NCBI GenBank assembly: GCA_021432655.1 | Contig: MU271350.1 | Coordinates: forward strand, 62,001 to 85,302 | Direction of reading: 5' to 3' | Length of the DNA stretch: 23,302 nucleotides | From: Atractiella rhizophila | Lineage: Eukaryota | Shown here: piece by piece, positions 9,560 through 19,730 of the stretch | How the letters are laid out: each line of letters starts with the position of its first letter | How positions within the stretch are numbered: the first letter of the stretch is position 1 | Position numbers and translations under genes: made by a program | Notes under the pieces: model-generated | What the model was told of the DNA's origin: nothing | Databases searched by the model: none | Seen by the model: the letters and a program-made list of their open reading frames with translations, nothing else

Positions 9560-12500
9560 GGATCAGATAATTGTTCAAAGTTCCCAAGTTGATGCGATAA
9601 TGGGGAGTGGATGCAGATGGTGGCAAAGGCAAAAGATGAGTGTCTGGAACAGTTTTCCTTGTTTGATTCCTATTGTTATGTAGATTGCTCGCTTGGTAGC
9701 TGTTTTCTGGTGTATTTTTTTGTTTAGAAGGATCAGTTGTAGCACCTTGACAGATCTGATGGGTCAGCGTGGCGAGTCTGGAGATGGTGTCTAAGGTTTT
9801 ATCATATAGCTCAAGATGAGCTAACACGTTATAGTCGTCGGATAAGGGTTCTGCCTTCCTTCCAAGAACCTGAGATTTGGCCTCGCTTGTTGTGAACAAT
9901 AAAGGACATGGGTGAAAACAAACTTCTTGAACAGCGGCCGTCCAAAAGATGTCCTCTTTCTTATGGCCCAGTTTCCAGAAAGCTGTGATCAAACGCCATC
10001 TTGGAAGCTCTCTGCTTAACCAGTCCTCAAAATCACTAGCCTTTTTTACAGGTTGACCAGTATCGGTACGATCATGATTTCGTAGGATGGGATAGACAAA
10101 TCCTTGTAATAAGGTGTGGATGAAAAGAGTGATAAAGGTTTGGCGGAAACGACTGTCTTCCATTGCTTTTGGACCTTGAGGTAGGTTTCCAATTGGTTGG
10201 AGAGAAACAATCCCTACAGCCTTTGAATGGCGAACTGAAGCAGGAAAGATTGAGAAAAGATCCAAAGTCGACGGGGGTAGATCTCTTGGCTGCTGAGTCT
10301 GACGGCACTTGTCAAGGTGACCAAGCATTTGACGCCCATAGTCTAAATACTGAGAAAGTGCGGGATCTGACACCTCTGCTGTATTGTTCTCACTTGCAAG
10401 GACAGAAAAGACCCAACTGGCCATGGCAGGAGCTTGAATCGATGTCCAGAGATGTATTCTTCGTCTGAAGGAGAGTTGGACATATTTTGCAAAGCGAAAG
10501 AGGATGTGAGCCGTAGATTCAACAGTCTGTGCTACTTCAATCTTTGTAGCCAAATCGAAGAGATGGACAGGGGACTTGAAGGTACCGATTGACTGGGACT
10601 GCTCATCAGAGAGTTCCGTTGAGAGCAAGAGATTTGAGATGGCAGGAATATTGTCCAATCTGATCAGTGATCGGTCCATTGACAGAAGGCCTTCCAAATC
10701 TTTCAGCTTTCCGCTCTTGAGTGATTTTCCAGCCACATAGTATCCTTTGACAACTTCAAGCTCCTCTTGAAGGCAATCAAGACTGAGATCCTTAGTAAAG
10801 AAATCCATATTCACGGGATTCTTGATGCGGATAGGGACATTGGTTCATGGTCGAGAGAGAGATGCAGCTTTTCCGTTTGCCTTTGTTGATGTTTTTACTC
10901 TTTTTCGTCCCTGATATAGCTATGTTGATATAAGAAAAATTTCCATACCTTTTTAAGCTAGCGAAAGATGTTTGCTTACATCTTGATCTAAATCAGCCGA
11001 GTCTTCAGCTGCTTCTCCCAAGGTGTTTGCCTTCCACTATGACGGGATTAGTTGATACTCTGAAGAAATTACAAAATATGGTACCTTGTTACGCTGACCT
11101 GTAAATTGATTATGAACATGCTGGAGAATATATTTAGGCTGAGAGATACAAATAAAAGTGGCAGAGACCTACTGAAGAACCTTTTACAGACATCTGGCCC
11201 TGAAAGAGCACCTCACGACTATGAGAATCAGCCATTAGGATTCGCTGGAAATCTGGGGGTAGTTGATGTTGAATTCGGGAGATATAGGTACGAGCAGCTT
11301 GTTGTTCAACGTCCGTTTGCCTAATATATGGTCAACAATATGTAAATCCGGGTACTAAAGCTTACAATTCCTCAATACCAACCCATAAACCTGTTTTAGC
11401 CCTACGTTTTAGCTGAAACTGCATACCATAAATAGGTTATACCTTCAGATATAAGAATCCGTCTTACCAATGACTGCCTCTCATAAAACCTCCAATCACT
11501 GAACTCCAAGCCATTCGCCTCATCCACCTCCAATTCTTCATGACCAATCCCTTCGTCACAGTGTAACAGTGAGATAACCTTTGGAGAAACCTTTCCAATT
11601 TGGCTAGGCCGAATGTTGAGGTGAAATTTATCTTCCACCGCAAACAGTTTCTGAGCCAACTTCAGCGCTTCTTCACGTCCCACAATATCTTGTGGGTCTA
11701 ACTTAAGTCTTCCAATACTTTGTCGCTTGCCATTCTCTCTAGGAAGAAAAGTAATACCATCTCTAATTTTGTTGAAATCAAACTGGATTTGATAGATTCG
11801 GATTGAAGTAATGTGTGGACTCGTATAACTGAAGTAGACGTTCATGAAGGATGGAGGTAACGTGGTATGAGGGATCGCTCATGACAAGAAGACCATGTTG
11901 TGTCCAGTTCTTGTCTTTTCTTTCGTTTGGAGGGGCCACCCGTGTGTGAACAAGGTTTGGAATAAAACTCGATGTTGGAAAACGCTGGCGGATAGTTGTT
12001 GTTCCTTCGCTAGCCTCATCCTCTTTGTCTGAGTCTATGTTGGGCATTCTGAACTTTGTCTTGTACTTTGAAGGTAAGGACTTTGTAGTGAGCTCCGTGT
12101 TGATATCTGCGGGCTGGAGAGAGAGTGGTATCTGACGGTGGATTGCCAATTCAGTTGCGTAGTTGATGTAACCAATACGAACGGAATCGGCAGGGAGTTG
12201 CTCAAAGGTTCTTTGATCCATGTCGCTTGTCGAGTCCACCTCCATCTCACCATTTGCCACGCTCTCTTGCAAGTCCCTCAAGCTACATAACCTGCTCCCT
12301 CCATGCGGGTTTCTTCCATTCAGGACCATAATGACGAAATCATCTCCAATTTCACAATATTCGCCTGAATGAACGAGACCGAATCTTCCTCCATGAATGC
12401 CTAACCAATCCAATAATTCATCAGCTCAAAGCCTTGCTTGAGGAGAAGGACATAAATTTGAAGACAAAAGGACCTACCACAACTATGATTTAAGAAGAAC

Positions 12501-13517
12501 AATACTACCGTTCTTCCCAAGATTGCGTCCTTCATATCCACATGTAGTTGGCCATACTTTCCTAACCAGGTGCTCAAATCCTTATCTTCATGGAGAGTTG
12601 ATTTTGACTGAAGACCGTGTTGGAAAGAAGAGGTTGCTTTTGACTGTAGGGATATCTCGGCAACATTGAGTTGAAGCGTGGTGAAAGTATAGTTCTTGCT
12701 ACTGCCATATGTAAAAGGGTGGACAAGTTTCGCATGCGCTTTGAGGCATTCAATATATGAGGGTCTCTCCGCCATTTCTAACACCTATCCATTGTCTCTC
12801 GTAAATGATTGGCTCATAGCGGTTTGATGATAAACAAATACATTACCTGTATTGCAATTTCGGCATTCAACCTGTGAATCTCCTTCATGCGTTCCTCAAA
12901 CCCTTCCATCACCGCTCCTTCCTTGCCAGCTACACTAGCAGGAGGCTGCACACACGGCGCATTCAATCCATATGAGCGATTTACTTGTCCGCCTCCCATC
13001 GTATGCGCCACACTAACTTCAGCTTGATGACCTAGACCTCCCTTCCAACTAGGTATTGCACCGCCCAGCCCATCTTGCAAAGCAGAACCTACGACAGGAA
13101 TGCCATCTGGTCCAAACTTTTGCCAAAAGTAAAGAGTTTTAACTTCTCCACCATCTTAATGACAGCAGCTCCTCTCTCTCCCATAGATTCCATTGAGCAG
13201 CGGTTGTGAGCATAAGAGATCAAGGATACTTCAGAGCAGTTGTCCTTGTTTTCTGCAAAAGTAGGAATCCCGAAGTCAATAGCTCGCATGTTGGGGATGA
13301 CTGTGCAGTGTGCATTGTAGAACTCAGCCGGATGGCCAGCAGCAGCCGAAAGCTGAGCTTTGAGGAACATTTTCCCCTCTTCACTCAGATCATGGGAGAT
13401 AATCCGTACTTGATGATACGCCAGCTTGCCGGCTTTGGCGAAGATTTTGAAGGCCGGATGTTTCTGGGCTTGAACCATGGATCCTGTTTGGAGTTGAGGG
13501 TACCAGGGTTCTGACAT
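8724..13517 (-). CDS. Large multi-exon gene: TET/JBP-like 2OG-Fe(II) dioxygenase plus C-terminal HhH-fold aG/P-T pyrophosphorylase (amino-acid:DNA transferase)-like domain; disrupted as sequenced
   Basis: Eight co-directional ORFs joined by GT-AG introns (12785-12846, 12401-12477, 11391-11442, 11321-11365 and further ones in 10913-11172). Frameshifts at ~13155, ~11790, ~9550 and ~9265, and an in-frame TGA at 10845-10847. Start ATG 13517 is a best guess (frame open to 13715). Last exon uncertain. Confidence 0.66.
12160..12784 (-). other. 2OG-Fe(II) dioxygenase (TET/JBP-like double-stranded beta-helix) domain
   Basis: After removing intron 12401-12477: NYTFTTLQLNV...GKYGQLHVDMKD (HxD, 12536-12544)...TVVLF...GGRFGLV...IMVLNGRNPHGG (distal His, 12303-12305)...VRIGYINY (Arg, 12177-12179). 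Order and spacing fit the HxD...H...R signature. Confidence 0.72.
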
Positions 13518-13776
13518 AGTTCTGACAGAACTGGCAGCAAAATGAAGGGCGGGCTTTATGAGCTTTGGTTGGTTCGTTGTTCCTTTGCTAGAGGTGGCAA
13601 CAAGTCGTAGGGGTCTTTGCTCCGTCATGTGACTTACAACCCTCCGAAGGGTCCTACGAATAACATTCCAACTTTGAGTCTTCTGACTGCAATGATTGGC
13701 TGGAAGGTTAGGCACCCGGCTTTGTGCGGATGTAAACGGTAGACGGCGTTAGGAGGATCAAACCATTGCATACCAA

Positions 13777-13807
13777 GTGCACCAAATTCGTGCACCAAAT
13801 TCGTGCA
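13777..13807. repeat. 13-bp tandem repeat GTGCACCAAATTC x2.4
   Basis: Exact copies at 13777-13789 and 13790-13802, plus partial GTGCA at 13803-13807. Confidence 0.9.
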
Positions 13808-14072
13808 GCACACACAATAGAGACCTGAAGTTTGTGTCAGCCACAGTGCCTTTCACAAAAAAACTAGCTCAAAGTTGAGCTGAAGGCTCTTGCCAACCGT
13901 AGAAGGGGTTACCCTGACACTCTGTGAGAGAAATCTGTGGTAAAAACGGCAGCGACAGACCTAGTACGTTAACATCCATGCTGAAGAATACTTCAGGCTA
14001 CCCTGAGACCATCCACGTCTTTGTCAATTCGAGATCAATCTTGATGGAGGGTGTTTTTTGGTCCCGTCAACC

Positions 14073-14107
14073 TGGGGACAGCCGGACAGCCTTGGTTGGG
14101 GACAGCC
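14073..14107. repeat. Clustered GGACAGCC x3 just outside the hAT left end
   Basis: GGACAGCC at 14076, 14084 and 14100. TGGGGACAGCC at 14073 and 14097. Confidence 0.8.
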
Positions 14108-14141
14108 CCACTGCTCCCTCGCTGAGTGCCATGCTCCCATC

Positions 14142-14157
14142 TAGGCTTGGTACACGG
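14142..14157 (+). repeat. hAT terminal inverted repeat TAGGCTTGGTACACGG
   Basis: Exact reverse complement of 18425-18440. Preceded by TSD CTCCCATC. Confidence 0.97.
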
Positions 14158-14400
14158 GGAACCCGTGGCCCTGTGGGTTTTTCCGGGAGGTTTTGGCGCT
14201 CTGATGCCATCCCGTACCCGCCCTCGAACCCTCAAGGGTTTCCCCGTCGTTGCAGGGGCATTCCCGCAGGATTGCTGGGAGGGGACGGGAGCCAAAGGGT
14301 TCACGGGACACTGACGGGATGGGAGGGGCGATATCAATATTATTATCCATGTACTCTACTAACCTCTCTGCACAGTTCAATAATCATTAATCATTCACCT

Positions 14401-14420
14401 ATCAATCAATCAATCAATCA
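14401..14420. repeat. (ATCA)5 microsatellite overlapping the transposase stop
   Basis: atcaatcaatcaatcaatca read directly. Confidence 0.85.
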
Positions 14421-17400
14421 TCATGCTTCCCTCCCCACGCTCCGCCTCCGCCGCCACCTTCTTCCTTGCCGCCTCTGCTCCCTTCCTCTTCTTCCTGTCA
14501 TTCTGTTTCACAGCTCCAAATAACTCCTTCATAGGAGGCATGAATCCATCCTGCTCCCAGAGCTTGAGCATCATGGCCGAACAAAAGACGGGGTCCGACA
14601 ATTGATGACGTAAGTAAGAAACCATCAGACGACCCCCTGAAAAGGCACGCTCAACGTCCACCGAAGTTGCTAGCACCTTCAATCAATGTAAAAAACAGAG
14701 ATGAATGAAGCTGCATACCTGGGACTGCCATAATATCCATGGCCATCTTGTGGAACTTCACATGGAAATGCTCCTTAGCGCGCTTCGCCTCTCGCCATTA
14801 CTGATAGTGGTACTTGAGGCCATCCAATTCTGTTGTCCCAGAATCATCCTGCAGGGTCTTGATAGGCAACGGGACACCTTTGATAAACTCTACAAGGTAG
14901 TCGGCAGTGGAGGTATCGTCTGCGTCGTCAATCATTGCGTCGAGTTCGTACAATGTCCGAGCCTTCTTTCGTAGGCGTGGCACAGAGGTGGATGCCTGTG
15001 AGCAACAAATTAGGACTTAATTGTGGGAAGGAAAGTATAGAGGTTCCGGGTTGGACGCACAGAATTACCCGTTTTTGCTTTGTAATGCTGCTGCTGAAAC
15101 TCCTGTAAGCTATCCATGGCTTCCATGATCCAAGCCTCTTCCCAATCCAATTTTTTCAAGTATGCAGCCCGGCGGTTGGGATGAAGCACTTGAGTATCTG
15201 TCAGTTTCAATGCTGAAATGTTTGAGTAGTGAAAACCTGCAAAGAGCCCATAGATAGATCTTCAAATCTTCAACTACTTTCAGAAAATATTTGTCCAAAA
15301 CTGCCTGTGCAGTTGCAGCGCCGGCTTGGACAGCAGCGTGCTTGTCAGGGAAGTGGATTTCACCATCAAGCTCATAAGTTTCATAGAGGCGAGAGAGATG
15401 GACACCGATATTATTGAAGAGGGGGATGACACTAGCTAAATTGGAGAAGTTGGCCCTCGACATCCAGTCTGTTGCCTGTTGGAACAGCTAAAGCAAAGTC
15501 TTAGCTTTTGGATAAAAAAAATAAACAGGAAAAACATACTTGCAGGGTCGGATTTGCTTGCTCCATAATTTCCCACTCCGTTCTTGTCAATCAGCATCGC
15601 TCAAGTTTTAAGCTCGGTTTACCACAAAGATTTCACAATGCGTCCTTCAAGTCTATTGCTCGATCAATCATCGCACCTTCGCCATTCCAACGTGTGGGAC
15701 AGGCTTTGACAAGGTGCACAGGAGGAGATAGAAACTTAAGAGGTCCTTCAGGATCCTCTTTTTGGAGAGCGGCAACCTCGTCGTCAAGTTTGCTTCTAAG
15801 CCCATCGTTCAAGGCTGTCCTTTTGGCCAGATTCGCAAGCTATTTTGTTGATTAAAGGACGGTGAAGGGTGAAAGACAATGCATGCAGTGTACCTTCGTG
15901 AGCATGAAACGCGCCTCTAATTCTTCCTTTGGAGAACAAGTTGCTTTCGGAGCAGCCTCTTCCCGAATTAGATCAATTGCAGCGGCTTGTGCTTGCACTT
16001 CTTCACTTTGGTCTATAGCAAAAGCGTTAGATTGTTAGACCAATTGGCTAAACCATACCTTCTAGTTCTGCTTCTTCAGTGAACCCCGACTCTCTCAGTT
16101 CTGCTTCCAATTGTGATAATGCCACTTCATCCGCAGTAACGGAAGTCCCAATACCTGCTATGACCCGTTTCTTCCTAACTGGCTCCTTGAAACGACTCAA
16201 AAATCCCTGGACATTGCATCATCTAATCAGTCTCCCATCACATTTTACTGCCAGAACTGTACCTTTGCAACCAAGTTGAGTATGTGGTCAAAGCATCGCA
16301 CTCGCAAATCCGCTCTCCAGAGAAGCATCTTCGGATACTTGACCCTGTTTTCCATTGCCATTGTAAATGTATCGTTGTTAGATGCACTGTCGCATCTTGG
16401 AGCCATGACCTGCGCAGAATGTCAACTCTCGAAGAAAGACTCCATGAGCAGACTTGAACACACACCCTCTCGCACACTTCATATGAATCTAATAAGCCAT
16501 AGACCAAAGCAGCAATGTTATCTCCCGTATGTGAATCAAGAACCCTGTTCCTACATTAAATGGGTTCTCACAACGAAGGACTTTGTACCGAATGAAACCA
16601 AGAGCAACTTTCTTTGCATCTCCCCACTCGCGGAAGTGAAGATAGACAAGGACATAACTGAAGTCCTGAGGAGCTGTCCAGCCGTCCACCATAATGAAAA
16701 AGTTCCCAGGAGCAGCCTTTGACAGTTATTAGTATTGTATACAGGATTCAAACTCGGCATGTACCGAAATTCTGGCCTTCACCTTAGCGCGCACGTACTC
16801 CTGCAAGAATTTCGCATCCTCTACTACTCTGTGACAATCAATGTTTGGAACACTCTCTGATCCACCGTTCCCAAGCTTGAGGATCTCTCGGAAATAATGA
16901 TCGTGTGTGAAATTGAACGGACGAGCTGAAGTGGTGCACCAGAGAGCAGCAAGGACACGTCGGTACGTGTCGCGGTCCGTCTGGTCCATCGCATTGACCA
17001 ATAGCTGATTCTCGCTGACCACAAGTTTTGTTTGCTGACTCTTTGAAGATCCTTCGTCGCCCTGTAGACAGTCTTTTTAGATCCTTATCTAAAGCTCACA
17101 AAAGACCAACCTCGACGCATTTGTCGGCACTAACTTGCAAGCCTTTGGTGCTTCCGTCATCGCGAGCACGTTCATACGTGTGGTTCGGGTTGGTCTTGCA
17201 GACAAATGTGTAGAAAATGCGAAGTTCTCCTGACTTTCTACCAGATCGTGTGTCCTTCAGATAGGTACCGCAACGAAGAATTGGGCGTTTGTGATAATGA
17301 AGATATACGCTCGGTTTGTTGCTATTCTTTTGAACTTTGGACCTTCCCCAGCGTTGAATATCGAAGTCTATTGTAATATCAGAAAAAGATTTGGATGGAG

Positions 17401-17647
17401 TCTCGGAAGAAGACCAACCAATGATCTCATCATCCTTCCAACCGTCAAAGCTGCTGTCCATCTTGAAGTCCACCCCTCGTGGTAGTTCCCGAGCGTGCTT
17501 TCGAGGGGACCTACGAATGGAATCCCCAACATCATCATCTGATGAATCAAGCTCGATGGTAGCAATATTTTGAGGGTCAGGGGTTCGGCAGCGGGTCTGA
17601 TGACTGGTGTCGGAATTCATCGAATCTTTCCGAGTGCGCTTGGACAT
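14410..17647 (-). CDS. hAT transposase, multi-intron, at least one frameshift (~16320)
   Basis: ATG 17647 (MSKRTRK). BED-like FVC...STKGL...KC, SARPFN, MVDGWTAP (Asp 16684-16686), SHTGDNIA, CDSASNNDT (Asp 16389-16391), RVRCFDHILNL (CxxH), CPTRWN, VLHP and C-terminal ATSVDVERAFS (Glu 14650-14652). Confidence 0.93.
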
Positions 17648-18424
17648 GATGGAATACCAGACAAGAAATGAGTGCAAGTGATTGCCAAGAAATCAGTCCT
17701 GTTTTATAACTTTTCGCCTCTGCGTACGGCCGATAGAGGCAATCCTCTACCAATTTCAAAGGTCAACAGAGCACACGGATGCGGTATGTCATCCCCAATG
17801 GACTCGTCCGAAGCAGGCACTGACATTTTTTGTGTTCCCGCAGCCAGACAGAAGCTGCCGATAGCCATCAACGGCACATTCATTTGCTGGGAATTTGAAG
17901 GTTTCATTTATGTCTTCGTGCTGCTCTCATCGCAGGGACTCAAACCCATCTGCACAGTTATTGAAGGAGGAGCACATTCGGTACACTCAACTTCAGAGAA
18001 CTTCTTTGGAATCACTTAATTTTGCCAATATTCTCATCCGGGTTCTTTCAGAAGCAGATTGTACTCTAAGCTTTTCATAGCTCTTTCTCCCATGCCCGCG
18101 CAGAATCGAGTGGAAGGCATCCAATTCTCTCTCCCGCTCACCCATGACATAAAAAAGGAAGGAATGACGGACTGTTCGAGGACTGGTTAAAATCTCGGGC
18201 TCTACTTTCAAGTTGGGACAGGAGTGAAGCATAGGATCAAGCGTGAAAACTTGTGCGCAGTTGCTCGAGAAACCGTGCAAACCCACGGGTAGCCACGAGT
18301 GTCGAATTCGTAAATGTGTTTCCCGTCCCCTTCCCTTCCCCAGCAAGGATTTTCCCGCCGCTCCTGTGGGATACCCTTAAGGGGAAGGGGATGGGAGGGT
18401 CACAGGTTGTGACGGAATCCAAAA

Positions 18425-18440
18425 CCGTGTACCAAGCCTA
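18425..18440 (-). repeat. hAT terminal inverted repeat CCGTGTACCAAGCCTA
   Basis: Exact reverse complement of 14142-14157. Followed by TSD CTCCCATC. Confidence 0.97.
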
Positions 18441-19730
18441 CTCCCATCCCACACTCTCTCCTCTCGCATGATTCCCGTTTGCCGCCTCTAGCTCTCTCGC
18501 ACTTAGACGTAGTCGTCCCCCAATCAACCCTGATAACGTAGCCCCTAGTTCCTGCGGTTTCCACTGTTGCTGCCGTCAATGGTCCCAGTCTGAACAAAGT
18601 AAAACGAGGTTCGTGCCGAAGAAATTTGTTATCCCACTGCCACTCAGGGTTAGGACGTTCAAGTTGGGATCAGATTCATGGCAATTATCGGAATGTTTCA
18701 TGACATAAGGACGTGACCGCCTTGGTGACAAAATATCTCACCTTCCGCAGCGGCATCTGAGCTGTCGTGCTTGATATTCTACCTTCTGTCTATCTGCATT
18801 GACGACCAAAGTGATACACAGCGGCTTCACATGGGCATCATTATGATCACGATCTGATCCGACCCAGCCGATCATTGCTTCAACTTGAAGCCGACCTGCA
18901 CAGTCCTGCGGACACCCATATCAATCCCAGGTTGATCTCCTCTCTCTCACTTATCTTTAGAGCTGTTCTGACTGTTCCTAGTTGTCACCGCTGTTCGACA
19001 TGTTTCAACGTTCTGGCGCCAGTTCTTATCCAAATCTCTAGAAATTACCATCGCAAACATGGAGTGCGTCAACTTACAAGGTATCATGTCGGCGTTTAAG
19101 CAATTACTTTCTATAGTGCATAAGCAAAGATTATGCTGTCTGTGAACAAGCCTACCGCTCAAGTCTGAACTTTGCATGACCTTGGAATTCCGCTCTGGTA
19201 GAGATGTTGCTTTTACCCAGGCATCTGGGTAGAGGCAGCTTGTCTTGATTTCAGACAACCCTCCTGCGCAAAGCAATTTCATATATTTCGGATATGGCTC
19301 CTGTGTGCGTCAAATCAACTGTAGCGATGTTTGTTTCTGGACTCGTATCGACGTAGGAAGGAGCCGAATATGCCACACCTCCATGGATACATCAAATTCT
19401 GCCGAAGACATTTAATCTGAAAAGTTCAATAGTCAGCCTGACAATTTCGTCGATCGACTTTCTTAAGCTACTGTCAGCTGTTACCTCACTGTCCCTTCTT
19501 CCTTCTGCACCTCCCCTCTTTGCTCAATTCTCGGCAGTCTTCCTCTTACAAGTTCTGTGCTTATACCAACAAGGGATCAGTGTGGACACATTGCAACTTT
19601 CGGTTCCTACATGAAGCAGCATCAAGCCTCCATTCAAGATAAAGATGACGAAGCAGAAGAGATCTTATCAATCTTTCATTCCCTTGCCGTCTTTCCCATA
19701 CCAGCCACCCTCAGATCTTAAATCCGCACC

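Larger units (their letters stand above)
14142..18440 (-). mobile_element. Complete hAT DNA transposon (4299 bp)
   Basis: Perfect 16-bp TIRs, identical 8-bp TSD CTCCCATC at 14134-14141 and 18441-18448, GC-rich subterminal ACGGG/CCCGT motifs, and an internal hAT transposase. Confidence 0.97.

Noticed and set aside
10722..10745. GYYVAGKS matches Walker A (GxxxxGKS) in the fusion gene, tempting as the missing kinase
   Set aside because: It follows a charged helical-looking segment rather than a hydrophobic strand, the loop residues are bulky, and no Walker B is evident. Likely chance unless conserved in paralogues.
6175..14104. 11-bp inverted match TGTCCCCAACC (6175-6185) / GGTTGGGGACA (14094-14104) bracketing the cargo genes
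   Set aside because: Dozens of 11-bp inverted matches are expected by chance in 23 kb. It does not extend cleanly and I found no TSD.
13777..14330. CRISPR-like array
   Set aside because: Repeats are short, few and lack unique regularly sized spacers, and the context is eukaryotic.
13924..14523. 199-aa plus-strand ORF
   Set aside because: It crosses the hAT TIR/TSD junction and GC-rich subterminal repeats, so it is a by-product of composition.
14705..18019. Plus-strand ORFs inside the hAT
   Set aside because: Antisense to transposase exons or in the 5' non-coding part, with no recognisable domains.
18449..19640. Short ORFs 18875-19099 and 18947-19282
   Set aside because: No motifs or splice support. 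Probably intergenic/promoter DNA, with a CT-rich tract near 19490-19550 upstream of the bHLH gene.
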